DNA of 64,000 nt, from positions 96,001-160,000 of the forward strand of contig OY969554.1 of assembly GCA_963700985.1 (NCBI GenBank). The letters are read 5' to 3'. A program made the position numbers and the translations under genes. The notes below the pieces were generated by a model. That model made no database searches and had not been told where the DNA came from. It saw only the letters and a list, made by a program, of their open reading frames with translations. Positions 19,214-28,809 of the stretch are shown here, in pieces. The DNA comes from an uncultured Chlamydiales bacterium. Lineage in GTDB: Bacteria; Chlamydiota; Chlamydiia; Chlamydiales; Rhabdochlamydiaceae. Every line of letters starts with the position of its first letter. Positions within the stretch are counted from its first letter, which is position 1.

Positions 19214-20440
19214 ATGTCGATTTCCAGTAAAAAACTGCCGCTTTTCTTGGTTCTGCTAGTCGCTTTTATCGACTGGGTAGGGCTTGGTCTTGTCTATCCA
19301 ATGTTTTCGGCGATGCTTTTTCAAGGAGAATGTACTTCTTTATTGCCAAATGCTTCAGCCGCTTTCCGTGGATTTATATTGGGCATTCTCCTAGCAGGAA
19401 TGCCCATTGGGCAGTTTTTCAGCGCCCCAATTTTAGGCGCACTTTCCGATCACAAAGGGCGCAAAAAACTGATTATCTATAGCTTGCTAATCGGTGTGAT
19501 CGGATATTTAGTAGCGTTAATCGGCGTTGTCTATAGCATGATCTGGGTGATCATGCTGTCTCGCTTGATCGTCGGTTTTTCAGCAGGAAATGCTGCAGTG
19601 GTAAGTGCCGCGATTGCCGATTTGAGCACAGCCAAAGACAAGGTTAAGAATTTCGGCCTTTTTAGCATGGCATGCGGCGTGGGATTTACGATTGGACCTT
19701 TTCTAGGTGGGCAGCTCTCGGAGATCATCTTTCTAGGCTGCAATGGCTTTGCGGTGCCTTTTTTATTCGCGGCCCTGGCTACGCTTATAAATATGTTGCT
19801 TGTGCGTTTTTTCTTCAAAGAGACGCTGGCACAGAAGCGTGAAGGTAAGGTGAACTTTACCGTGGGGTTTAGTCAGCTCAAAAAAGCGCTGCACACTAAA
19901 GGCTTACGCCCCCTATTTTTGGCCGTCTTTGTGTTTATTTTTGGCTGGTCATTTTATTACGAATTTATGCCTGTGACATGGATTGCAAACTATGGCATCG
20001 GAACCGCATTGATTGGCATGCTTTATGCTTGGGGATCTGGCTTTTATGCCTTGAGTAGTGGCCTGCTTATCCGTCCTTTTGTTAGTCGTTTCAAGCCTCA
20101 AAAAGTTTTCTTTTTCGCGCTAGTGGGTGGGGGAGTAAGCATTTTGCTTGTTCTATTAAATTTAGGTGTAAATTGGCTCTGGTTTTTTCTTCCTCTGCAG
20201 AATTTTCTACTAGCTTTTCTCTTTCCTACTTCGACATCCATGGTTTCCAATTTGTGCGATGATCATGTTCAAGGTGAGATGCTGGGCGTGCTGCAGTCGG
20301 TGCAATCTTTTGCATTTGTGGTCTGTCCGCTGGTTGCGGGCGTGCTCGTTGGCAAATATACATTCTTGCCAAGTTTAGTGGGTGGCCTATCACTTCTTCT
20401 GGCAGCACTCTTTATGTGGCCTAAGCGGGTAGCTCCATGA
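19214..20440 (+). CDS. MFS drug:H+ antiporter (TetA/DHA1-like)
   Basis: FIDWVGLGLVYP, GALSDHKGRK (motif A) and GFTIGPFLGG (motif C); about 12 TM segments. Confidence 0.9.
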   Translation: MSISSKKLPLFLVLLVAFIDWVGLGLVYPMFSAMLFQGECTSLLPNASAAFRGFILGILLAGMPIGQFFSAPILGALSDHKGRKKLIIYSLLIGVIGYLVALIGVVYSMIWVIMLSRLIVGFSAGNAAVVSAAIADLSTAKDKVKNFGLFSMACGVGFTIGPFLGGQLSEIIFLGCNGFAVPFLFAALATLINMLLVRFFFKETLAQKREGKVNFTVGFSQLKKALHTKGLRPLFLAVFVFIFGWSFYYEFMPVTWIANYGIGTALIGMLYAWGSGFYALSSGLLIRPFVSRFKPQKVFFFALVGGGVSILLVLLNLGVNWLWFFLPLQNFLLAFLFPTSTSMVSNLCDDHVQGEMLGVLQSVQSFAFVVCPLVAGVLVGKYTFLPSLVGGLSLLLAALFMWPKRVAP

Positions 20441-20997
20441 TCGAAAATGAAAATTTCAAAAAAGAGAATTGGAGTGGCTCGCTGCGCACACACCAACATT
20501 TTACACAGGTTGTCTTCGAAAGCTGCGATCTTTCAAATTGTAATTTCAGCCACACACACTTTTCTCAATGTAAATTTATAGGCTGCAATCTAAGTTTAAC
20601 AAAATTTGCTGGCTGTCGCTTGCAAGGGGTTGAATTTAGTGGGTGTAAGCTTGTCGGTGTCGATTTCAGTCGATGCGATGCTCTCTTTCTAGCAATTGGA
20701 TTTGATACGTGTGTGCTGGATATGGCCAATTTTTCGGAACTTAAATTGAAAAACACAACTTTTTCCGGCAGTACGATTCGCGAAGCGCATTTCAGTAATG
20801 CGAACCTTGCCTACGCAGATTTTCGTAAAGCAGATCTAAAAGGCACGCTCTTTCACCACTGCGATTTGCAAAGCACTAACTTTCAAAGCGCAATTAACTA
20901 TTCGATCGATCCCTTAACCAACAAGCTCAAAGGCGCAAAATTCTCGATGCCTGAAGCGAGTGCGCTTCTTTTGCATCTGGGGATAATCCTCGATTAG
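20437..20997 (+). CDS. Pentapeptide repeat protein
   Basis: Tandem five-residue repeats centred on Leu/Phe (CDLSN CNFSH THFSQ...). ATGA overlap with the MFS gene. Confidence 0.92.
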   Translation: MIENENFKKENWSGSLRTHQHFTQVVFESCDLSNCNFSHTHFSQCKFIGCNLSLTKFAGCRLQGVEFSGCKLVGVDFSRCDALFLAIGFDTCVLDMANFSELKLKNTTFSGSTIREAHFSNANLAYADFRKADLKGTLFHHCDLQSTNFQSAINYSIDPLTNKLKGAKFSMPEASALLLHLGIILD

Positions 20998-21078
20998 CCG
21001 ATGGGAGAGTAACAGATCTCACCTCGCGTAATTTCTGACGAGTTGCTAGACTCCAAATTTTAATGAATGGAGGGCAAG

Positions 21079-21624
21079 ATGCGTTTTCTGCGACATTTAT
21101 GGGTTCCGTTAGTTTTGATCTTTTGTGTGAGTGCTCAAGCGCAAGACGAAGATGAGACACCGCCTTGTGAAAGCATCATGTCCTATATCCTCGATAACCT
21201 ACCTGAATCGGGAATCCTCTGTCAGGATAGCGCTGGTTTCGTATACGTAAATTTAGATGATGATTACATCCACACATTGAGCGAGTTCATTTCAGAAGAA
21301 GGCTATGAACTTCCTCCCTATTTTGGTAGGGATGAGCTGCATGGTGCACATATCAGCGTTATCTATTCCAAAGAAGCGAAGGAGTATGGCGTAGGAAAAA
21401 TCAAGGAGGTTGGCGAAACAATTTATTTCAAGCCGCTTGGCTGTAGGATAGTCGCTCCAAAAAACTGGAAAGATGTGGATGAGGTATATGTGATAGCCGT
21501 TCAGGCGCCTGTGTTAAATCGGCTGCGTAAAAAATATGGCTTGCCTAAAGCTGGGCAAGATTTTCACATCACGATCGGCGTGAAGTATCGCCAAGAAGAG
21601 ACTACTTCTCAGAAGCCGTCTTAA
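21079..21624 (+). CDS. Secreted 2H phosphoesterase superfamily protein
   Basis: Two HxS/T motifs (AHISV, FHITI); signal peptide ending AQA. Confidence 0.75.
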   Translation: MRFLRHLWVPLVLIFCVSAQAQDEDETPPCESIMSYILDNLPESGILCQDSAGFVYVNLDDDYIHTLSEFISEEGYELPPYFGRDELHGAHISVIYSKEAKEYGVGKIKEVGETIYFKPLGCRIVAPKNWKDVDEVYVIAVQAPVLNRLRKKYGLPKAGQDFHITIGVKYRQEETTSQKPS

Positions 21625-23359
21625 GATAAGCCTGCATCTTAGCTAGAGGCAGGGTGTTAACCACATCTTGCCTTCTCAGCCAACCTTTACGTGCACAATT
21701 GATTCCGGCGCGTACATATTCGAGCTCTTTGATGCTATGAGCATCCGGATTGATGCAGCACTTGAGTCCTTTTTCTGATGCTTTGTGCCAAAGGCGCCAA
21801 TCCATATCCAGACGCATCGGACTGGCATTAAGTTCGATAATCTTCTGATTGGCAATGCAGGCATCGATCACTTTAGTTGTATTAAGTGCGTAAGGCTCTC
21901 TGCGTAAAAGCAGACGACCTGTCAAGTGGCCTACAATAGTTGTGTAGGGGCTTTCAATCGCTTTGATGAGGCGAGCAGTCATCGTTTTTTCATCCATTTG
22001 AAATGAGCGATGGATTGAGATGATTACGAAATCTAGCTCTTTGAGCACGCGATCTGGGAAATCTAGTTTGCCGTCTGTCAGGATGTCACACTCAAGCCCC
22101 GCAAAGACATAAGTGGAGAACTTCTTAGATTTATTTAGTTTTCGGATACGCTTGATCTGGTCAAAGAGCCTCGCTTCATCCATGCCATTTGCTTGATAGC
22201 TCGATTTAGAATGATCAGAAATGCCGATATATTCCCAATTGAGGTCATGGGCGGCTTTAACCATCTCTTCGAGGGTATTATGCCCATCAGAATCAGTGGT
22301 ATGGCAGTGAAAGGCGCCGCGGATGTCCTTCTCTTCAATTAGTGCGGGCAGCTTGCTTTTTTCGGCAGCCTCGATCTCTCCTCGATCTTCGCGCAGCTCC
22401 GGAGGGATATACTCTAGCCCGAGTACGTTATAGATCTCTTCTTCGCTAGTTAGGGGTTTCTTTGGGAGTTTAAGTGTAGTGGCTTTTTTACGTGCGCCAG
22501 TTAAGGGCTCGAAGCCATACTCACTTAAGCTTAAGCCGCGTGCATTGGCAAGATTGCGGATGTGAATGTTATGTTCTTTAGATCCTGTAAAATAGAGCAA
22601 GGCATAGGCGAACTCCGATTCTGGCACAACTCTTAAGTCAGCCTGGTTGCCTTGCCTCAGGCTAACTGAGGTTTTGGTCGGACCCGTGGAGATAATGGAT
22701 TTCGCCCAAGATTGTTTTGTAAACCAGCGCATGACTTCTGTAGGTTTAGATGAGGCGACTAAAAAATCCAGATCGCCCACGGTCTCGAGTTTTCTTCGCA
22801 AACTGCCCGCGATCTCCACTCTTTTTACCTCTTTGAGATTTGAGAGTTCTTTTAAAATCGGCGCCGCTAGCTGCATGGCATCCCACCACAAAAGCCTTTT
22901 TCCATAGCTTTTTAGTTTAGATATGCCTGCAAGAATTTTTTGCTGTGTCTTTTCACCAAAGCCTTTGAGTTTTGCAACCTTCCCTTCTTTGCATACAGCG
23001 ACTAGGTCTTCTATGGTTTTGATTTTAAATTTCTCATAGAGAATTTTAACTTTTTTCACTCCTAATCCTGGAATTTGCAAGAGATTTAGAAGTGCCGGAG
23101 GGAACGATTTTTTTAATTTTTCGTAGTAGGGGAGCTTGCCTTTCTGCACTAATAGCGCGATCTTTTCAGCAATATGTGCACCAATGCCCGGAAGCTCTTC
23201 AAGGCGCTCTTCTTTGACGAGCGTTTCGATATCTTCTTCAATCGCCTCGATGGCGCGTGCGGCATTGTGATAGGCGCGCACTTTAAAAGGATTTTCACCC
23301 TGCAGAGAAAGCAGAATGCCGATCTCCTCGAGGATCTCCGCTACTTCATGTTTATTCAT
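21602..23359 (-). CDS. polX: DNA polymerase X family with C-terminal PHP exonuclease domain
   Basis: ENPFKVRAY, HhH motifs, AGSLRR, GDLD, DLR and YFTGSKEHN. PHP motifs HCHTTDSDG, SDHS, GHLTGR and DAH. Confidence 0.95.
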   Translation of the reverse strand: MNKHEVAEILEEIGILLSLQGENPFKVRAYHNAARAIEAIEEDIETLVKEERLEELPGIGAHIAEKIALLVQKGKLPYYEKLKKSFPPALLNLLQIPGLGVKKVKILYEKFKIKTIEDLVAVCKEGKVAKLKGFGEKTQQKILAGISKLKSYGKRLLWWDAMQLAAPILKELSNLKEVKRVEIAGSLRRKLETVGDLDFLVASSKPTEVMRWFTKQSWAKSIISTGPTKTSVSLRQGNQADLRVVPESEFAYALLYFTGSKEHNIHIRNLANARGLSLSEYGFEPLTGARKKATTLKLPKKPLTSEEEIYNVLGLEYIPPELREDRGEIEAAEKSKLPALIEEKDIRGAFHCHTTDSDGHNTLEEMVKAAHDLNWEYIGISDHSKSSYQANGMDEARLFDQIKRIRKLNKSKKFSTYVFAGLECDILTDGKLDFPDRVLKELDFVIISIHRSFQMDEKTMTARLIKAIESPYTTIVGHLTGRLLLRREPYALNTTKVIDACIANQKIIELNASPMRLDMDWRLWHKASEKGLKCCINPDAHSIKELEYVRAGINCARKGWLRRQDVVNTLPLAKMQAYLKTASEK

Positions 23360-24043
23360 CTACAAGATCACGCATTGACAGCCAGTTTGAACAGGAGGCG
23401 TTATGTTCATTGAATAGATACGGTATAGGTACCCGAACCTCAACCTCTCTTCTGTGTACTGCATGCCGATCTTTTTGACAATTTTTTCTGCAACGGTATT
23501 GCTCGGGGCTACACAAGCAAAAATTCTGCTGAGAGGCTTTCCCTCAAGAAGGTAACCCGCTCGAAGCGTAGCTTGAGCATAATCTGTTACGAGCATCATG
23601 CACACGTTTGATCCCACGCCCATTCCCCAAAAATCTTTTGCTACGATGCAGTTAAGCTCTGCTTCTCCGGGACGCTCGGAGTGCATTAAGGCGGCGTGGC
23701 AGACAAAATCACCATCCCTTGTGCGGCCAGTTAGGCCGCTGAAAGGGTCTTTATCAAGTAACCAGCGTTTTTGCCAAGTTGCAGCAATCATCCTTTTGAT
23801 GTCGCTTCCGCGCCTAGGTAATCAATCTCCTAGCATCCCCATGCAAGTCGCATTGGCAAGTAGGGCTTTGTAAAATTTGTAAAACTCCGGGGTAGACTCA
23901 GTGGAGGTTAAGGTTAAACTCAAGGTAGATACTTTGATGAATGCCGAAAGCTCATCTTGGCTATTAACGTGGAAAGTGATGTCCGAATGTTGTCCATCAT
24001 AGGTAAAGGAGGACTTGGGTTTAATTGAAGTAACAGCGGACAA
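23360..24043 (-). pseudogene. RimJ/RimL-type GNAT acetyltransferase interrupted by one in-frame TGA (23822-23824)
   Basis: ORFs 23822..24043 and 23360..23791 are in the same frame. The joined product aligns along its length with GNAT 62740..63423. Confidence 0.8.
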
Positions 24044-24099
24044 ATTAACCTCGCAGCTTGGCGAAGTATATTAAGCTTTTCAAATTCATTTTTCCACGT

Positions 24100-25005
24100 C
24101 TAAAAGATCTGTGTTTCTAGCTTGCCAAGGATGTTGTGATAGACAAAATTCATGCGGACATCGAGCGGACTCAATCTGTTTTTGACATCTTGCCAATTGG
24201 TGCCACAATTTGGGAAGGCTCTGGTGTAGGCTTCGACATTGATGTCGTCTGGTCCATAATAGGGGTGGAACATGGAGAATACGGCAGCGCCTCTTCCAAT
24301 CGAGACCATAATGGCAGCGTTTTCCCACTTCTCACACTCATGTTCCCTTTTTTGGTTGCGTAAAAGTTCTGAGTGATTATAGCGAGCCAGCACCGCTACT
24401 TTTTGCTTTGAAGTGGGATCGGGCAAGAAGCTACCCCCTCCGCCCAGAAAGACAGTACATTCCGTTTTGTTGTCATGCACGCGAATCGCATCTGAATAGA
24501 ATCCAATTTTATACTCCTTGCCAGGGTAAGGGCAGAGTGGGCCTTCGGCAATCCCTTCAAACAAAGGGAGTTTACTTGTTTTTATGAGAGTTTGGCGTTT
24601 TGTAGGCTGCTCTTCGCACAAATCCTTATAAATTCTTTTCGAGGCGGCCCAATAGGACGCACCACAGGTAAAATAACCGCGGCCTCCTTGGCCAAAAAAA
24701 TCATAATTGATGAAATCGGATTCTTCGCTTGAAAAAACTTGATCCAGTTTGCTGCTCTCACCGGCAGGAACAACAAACAGCGTTTTCATCGGATCTACTT
24801 TTCTCATAGTGTCGATTAACTGCTCACCAAACACTGCCTCGACCTTCCAGGGTTGTTTTCCATCAGCTAATCTATGGGCGTTTAACTGTTCAAACATCCG
24901 AATTCGTTTCTCGATACCATGGCGATAGGGTCCAAACAGAGGATTAGTGACATGTCCTGCATAGACTTTTACGTGGCTGATCTGTCTAACAAGCGTGCTG
25001 ACCAT
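24100..25005 (-). CDS. Stand-alone BPL_N (biotin-protein ligase N-terminal, GATase-like) domain protein
   Basis: LFVVPAG...GGRGYFTCGASYWAS and GRGAAVFSMFHP resemble BPL_N. Overlaps the end of bioY. Confidence 0.75.
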   Translation of the reverse strand: MVSTLVRQISHVKVYAGHVTNPLFGPYRHGIEKRIRMFEQLNAHRLADGKQPWKVEAVFGEQLIDTMRKVDPMKTLFVVPAGESSKLDQVFSSEESDFINYDFFGQGGRGYFTCGASYWAASKRIYKDLCEEQPTKRQTLIKTSKLPLFEGIAEGPLCPYPGKEYKIGFYSDAIRVHDNKTECTVFLGGGGSFLPDPTSKQKVAVLARYNHSELLRNQKREHECEKWENAAIMVSIGRGAAVFSMFHPYYGPDDINVEAYTRAFPNCGTNWQDVKNRLSPLDVRMNFVYHNILGKLETQIF

Positions 25006-25537
25006 TTTTCCACCTTTTCCACTGATCAACTAGCGCGAAAGCGACTAGGTTTTTCAAAAGATCTGAGGGGATAAATAGAACTACGCCTTGCATCCATGCA
25101 ACCCAGATTCCAAAGAAGGGAATGAGCCAGATAAACCCAAGCGTAAATATAACTGCTTGGCCCACGAGAATGGCTAAAATGGGATGTATTTTCTGCCTAA
25201 GCTTGGCGATGAGATAGGCCGCAATTGGAAAAGCGATTAAATAACCGCCGCACTTGCCAGCTATCCAAAGTGAATTGGAATCCCCGCACAGCACCGGCAA
25301 ACCGATAGTTGCGCATAAAAGATAGCAGAGCGCAGATCCAAAGGCTTGCTTTGGGCTCTGCATAAGCCCAAGCATTATAATTGCCCAGCTTTGCAGGGTG
25401 AAGGGCACCGGATAAAAAGGAATCCTAACGAGCGCGCTTAAAGTGATAAAGGCGCAGCCAATTAAGATCAGGCATGCATATGACACTTGCGTAGCATATA
25501 GTTTTCTTAGAGTGCTTATTCTTTCCATTTTTTTCAT
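24986..25537 (-). CDS. bioY: Biotin transporter BioY
   Basis: IPFYPVPFTLQ, YLL...GLPV, GGYLIAF and FIPSDLLK motifs. Confidence 0.92.
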   Translation of the reverse strand: MKKMERISTLRKLYATQVSYACLILIGCAFITLSALVRIPFYPVPFTLQSWAIIMLGLMQSPKQAFGSALCYLLCATIGLPVLCGDSNSLWIAGKCGGYLIAFPIAAYLIAKLRQKIHPILAILVGQAVIFTLGFIWLIPFFGIWVAWMQGVVLFIPSDLLKNLVAFALVDQWKRWKNGQHAC

Positions 25538-25618
25538 AATTCAGCCTTCCTTCTTCATTCTTTTCCCCGAGAGGCTAACGGATTTTTTCTATTCTAAATA
25601 GTCCTTGAACAGGCTTGT

Positions 25619-25648
25619 TTAAACTATAAAGTAGTTTATACAGTTTAA
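25619..25648. promoter_or_regulatory. Inverted-repeat operator candidate TTAAACT-N16-AGTTTAA
   Basis: Lies between divergent bioY and HTH genes, with an overlapping TAAACTA-N5-TAGTTTA palindrome at 25620-25638. Confidence 0.4.
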
Positions 25649-25737
25649 GATCTGGTTTAAAAACTTAAGGGTTTTGTAGAATAGACATCTAACCTCAGAA
25701 GAGGTGTACCTACACATAGAGGAGTTGCAAATTTTTT

Positions 25738-26526
25738 ATGCTGTCAGTCGTGTGCGGAAGTAAAAACATCCAAAGGATTTTGATTTTCCTCTTTGTGAAT
25801 GGTAGATGCTACGGCGCTCAACTGCACCGATTGCTTAATACCTCGCTGACTCCAATTCAAAAGGCGCTGATCAAGCTAGAAAAGGGCGGTGTCATCATGA
25901 GCTATCTTGAAGGCAAAACGCGCCTTTATCGATTCAATCCCGCTTTTCCTCTCTTAGAGGAGCTCGAAGCACTCTTAAAAAAGGCATTTACGCTACTTCC
26001 TCCACAAGATAAGAAACAGTACAGCTTAGTTGCACAAGAAGGCCGAAGCTCTGGACTTAGTCAAAAAGAGCATCTAGATGTTTTACACACTTTTTGGGAG
26101 ATGCTCAGTAATGTAAACAAACTCAGCTTCAATGCTAAGTCCAAAGAAGAGAGTGGTTGGAACGGAAGGGGGAAAGGCGAAGTTTTAGTGACGAAAGAAG
26201 GCTCCAATGTGCTGCTCTTTCATGAAAAAGGTAGCTGGCACAATAAAAGCCAGCAAGAGATCGACTTTAGCAACACTTTCCGTTGGACACTTGATCGCCA
26301 GGGTGGAATGATCTCTTTGGAACACTTAAGAATGGGTGCTAGCCGGCCTGTCTTTCTCTTTCATCTCGCACCCATTGGACATAGCTCGCTCTCTTCGATC
26401 GACTCGCACCTCTGCGGCGGCGATGTCTATTTTGGGCAGATCTTTCTCGATCTGCGCTGTCTACGCCTCAGCTGGCGTGTAATCGGCCCAAAAAAGAATG
26501 AAGAGATCGACTATTTCTATGCATAG
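25738..26526 (+). CDS. Winged-HTH domain fused to a DUF6314-like beta domain
   Basis: N-terminal ILIFL...IQKALIKLEKGGVI...GKTRLYRFNP wHTH. C-terminal HLCGGDVYFG...WRVIGPKK. Confidence 0.7.
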   Translation: MLSVVCGSKNIQRILIFLFVNGRCYGAQLHRLLNTSLTPIQKALIKLEKGGVIMSYLEGKTRLYRFNPAFPLLEELEALLKKAFTLLPPQDKKQYSLVAQEGRSSGLSQKEHLDVLHTFWEMLSNVNKLSFNAKSKEESGWNGRGKGEVLVTKEGSNVLLFHEKGSWHNKSQQEIDFSNTFRWTLDRQGGMISLEHLRMGASRPVFLFHLAPIGHSSLSSIDSHLCGGDVYFGQIFLDLRCLRLSWRVIGPKKNEEIDYFYA

Positions 26527-28610
26527 AAGAACAGGCTTTCTTTTCTGAGTGTAAGATCCTTAACAAAAAAGTTTGTCCTTTGTGCGTATGACGTAAAATT
26601 CGCGATTTGTCGAAACATACTGCGATAGCTTATTCCAAAAGCGTTCACATGGGAGTCAAATCCATCTTCTTTTGTTGTTTTAAGATATGCGAGCTGCTCA
26701 TCTACTCGTGCCTCAGCAATTTTCCAAATCTCGGTTCGAAATTGTTCATGGCTTGATGAATTTACGCATAAAGAATATAGCACTCCCCAGAAGTTAGGTG
26801 GTGCTTTAAGAAAGCGTTCTTTCAAATTCTGGATCATATCGACTTGGTCACCCTTTATTTTGTAAAGGCGCATTAGCTCAATGTAGCTTTCGGCATATTG
26901 AGGGGTGATTTCAATGGCTTTTTCTAGAGCTTGTTGTGCAAGATCTAGATTGTATTCAATGTAACAAGGATGATTAGCAGAAGGTCGTAGTTTAGTCGGA
27001 TTCATTAAAAATCTTGCATATTCACAGAGCATCTCTCCAGATTTCCTCACGGATTCAATATCGCGAGCGGACTCTAAGATTAGTTGAGAGGCCTTTAGAA
27101 CCTCTTCGAGAGTGTTGCCCGAACAGAGTTGAATGCGTAGCATCCAATACCTGCCTTGATTTCGATATTGAGGTTCAAGCTTTAGGAGTAGCTTTTCTCC
27201 TTCGTCAATGAGGCCCGCATGAATTAAAGCATAAACCTGCTCCATTCTAATATGCCACGCCGGCTTCATTACATTTGCGGCTTCAAGAGTTTGAGCGTGT
27301 TCATCTAGGAGTTTTAGTGCGGGAGAAATATCACCAAAGAGTTGATAAATCCCGGCTATTAGAATGATAAGATCATGTCTGTGTTTTGGGTTTATTTTCT
27401 TGTTTTGGAGAAGTTCATCAAAAATCTTCTTCATTTCAGGCAGTTTTGCTCCAAATTGCCAGAGAAGAATAGTTTTTTGGAGAGATACTCTCCATGGGCT
27501 CTGGTGATTTTTGGGGATCCTTCGTTCTGCTAATTCCATTGTTTGAAGGGCTTCATCCCTTTCGTCAAGGTCTGCATAATATTGAGCTTGGTGTAACAAC
27601 CAGCGCCATTGGCAATCCGGAAGAAGATCCCTAGCTGTTTTAATGAAATACGAGGGTGAGGGTCGTAGCGTTCCCATTAGTTGAAATAGATGCAATTGCA
27701 GATGGCGAAAGCGACTTCTAGTTGGATAGTATTCGATACAACGATCAAGTTTTTCAAGGGCAGCACCATATTCGCCTTTGCCAATTTCGGCAAAGACTGC
27801 ATTTTGATAGGATGCTTCTAGCAGGAACGAAGGTGTATAGGGTTTAGTGGAAGCCTTTGGGGGATTTAACGTCAAACAGTAGGGAGATGCATCGATACCA
27901 GGATCAACATCCGGTCTTGAGTCAACATCAGAGATAGAAACAGAAGAAGGCGCTGCAACATCCAAAGAACTAGCTAGTGCTGCTGCTGGATGAATTGGAG
28001 TAAATGCCGCAGGGGAACTTAAAGGCAATGATGTATGAGCCGTCGCCCTTGCCGCTAGAGGACGCACTGGAGCTACAAAAGCTGAAGGCGCAGCAGCTGA
28101 GACAGAAGCGCCTGCAGAACTTGTCGAATGTTGCGCTGCAGAATGTGACCCAGAATGCGCCCATGGGTATTGCGCAGCAGAAACTCTTGATGGTGCACCA
28201 GCCCCAGACCCGAAGTAGAAATTTTGTACCACAGTTACTGTTTTTGGAGTGAAAGAAGAAGCGCTAGGACTTAGCGTTGAAAAGCGCGGAACTTTGCGCT
28301 CATATCTGTCAGCCTTATGTTCTTCGCTTCTAGAACTGTGTGAAAAACTGGGTGAGGGAGTGCTATTACTTGTGTTACTAGCGCTGCTAAAAGAAACCGC
28401 GGCACGTAGAGCTTGTCTTACAACTGGAGAGATGCTGGCTGCAGGTTCTACAGCTGGCGAACTCGAATGACTTGGGGTGCTAGTAGGGGTGGCATCAAAA
28501 ATAAGCGGGGATGCGCATGGGTGGCGTTCAAAAGGCGATAGCGGTGCAGTCGCATTTTCGACGATTACAGGAGCGCACGGGCTGCGATTAAAAGAGAGAG
28601 GTGTTGACAT
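26517..28610 (-). CDS. TPR/HAT-repeat protein with long Ser/Pro/Ala low-complexity N-terminus (candidate effector)
   Basis: About 250 aa of S/P/A-rich sequence followed by helical repeats such as AQQALEKAIEITPQYAESY. Start set at MSTPLS. Confidence 0.7.
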   Translation of the reverse strand: MSTPLSFNRSPCAPVIVENATAPLSPFERHPCASPLIFDATPTSTPSHSSSPAVEPAASISPVVRQALRAAVSFSSASNTSNSTPSPSFSHSSRSEEHKADRYERKVPRFSTLSPSASSFTPKTVTVVQNFYFGSGAGAPSRVSAAQYPWAHSGSHSAAQHSTSSAGASVSAAAPSAFVAPVRPLAARATAHTSLPLSSPAAFTPIHPAAALASSLDVAAPSSVSISDVDSRPDVDPGIDASPYCLTLNPPKASTKPYTPSFLLEASYQNAVFAEIGKGEYGAALEKLDRCIEYYPTRSRFRHLQLHLFQLMGTLRPSPSYFIKTARDLLPDCQWRWLLHQAQYYADLDERDEALQTMELAERRIPKNHQSPWRVSLQKTILLWQFGAKLPEMKKIFDELLQNKKINPKHRHDLIILIAGIYQLFGDISPALKLLDEHAQTLEAANVMKPAWHIRMEQVYALIHAGLIDEGEKLLLKLEPQYRNQGRYWMLRIQLCSGNTLEEVLKASQLILESARDIESVRKSGEMLCEYARFLMNPTKLRPSANHPCYIEYNLDLAQQALEKAIEITPQYAESYIELMRLYKIKGDQVDMIQNLKERFLKAPPNFWGVLYSLCVNSSSHEQFRTEIWKIAEARVDEQLAYLKTTKEDGFDSHVNAFGISYRSMFRQIANFTSYAQRTNFFVKDLTLRKESLFFYA

Positions 28611-28809
28611 ATTAATATCTCCGGATTTCTTTTTTGTTAATTTTGTGTCGCATATTTTATTATTAATAATAGATAGTATCAAATATTAAAATAATAATCA
28701 GATGCGATTTTATTATTTATTCGCATGTTTAATTTAAGGTATTTTTTTGCAAACTATTGCTTTAAAAACTGAGACATAGGATAAAAAAATTGATTACCGG
28801 AGAATAAAA

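Noticed and set aside
23822-23824. In-frame TGA as selenocysteine or genetic-code reassignment
   Set aside because: It aligns to Gly rather than Cys in the paralog, and TGA is a normal stop in many genes here (for example pncB, TetR and cyoA).
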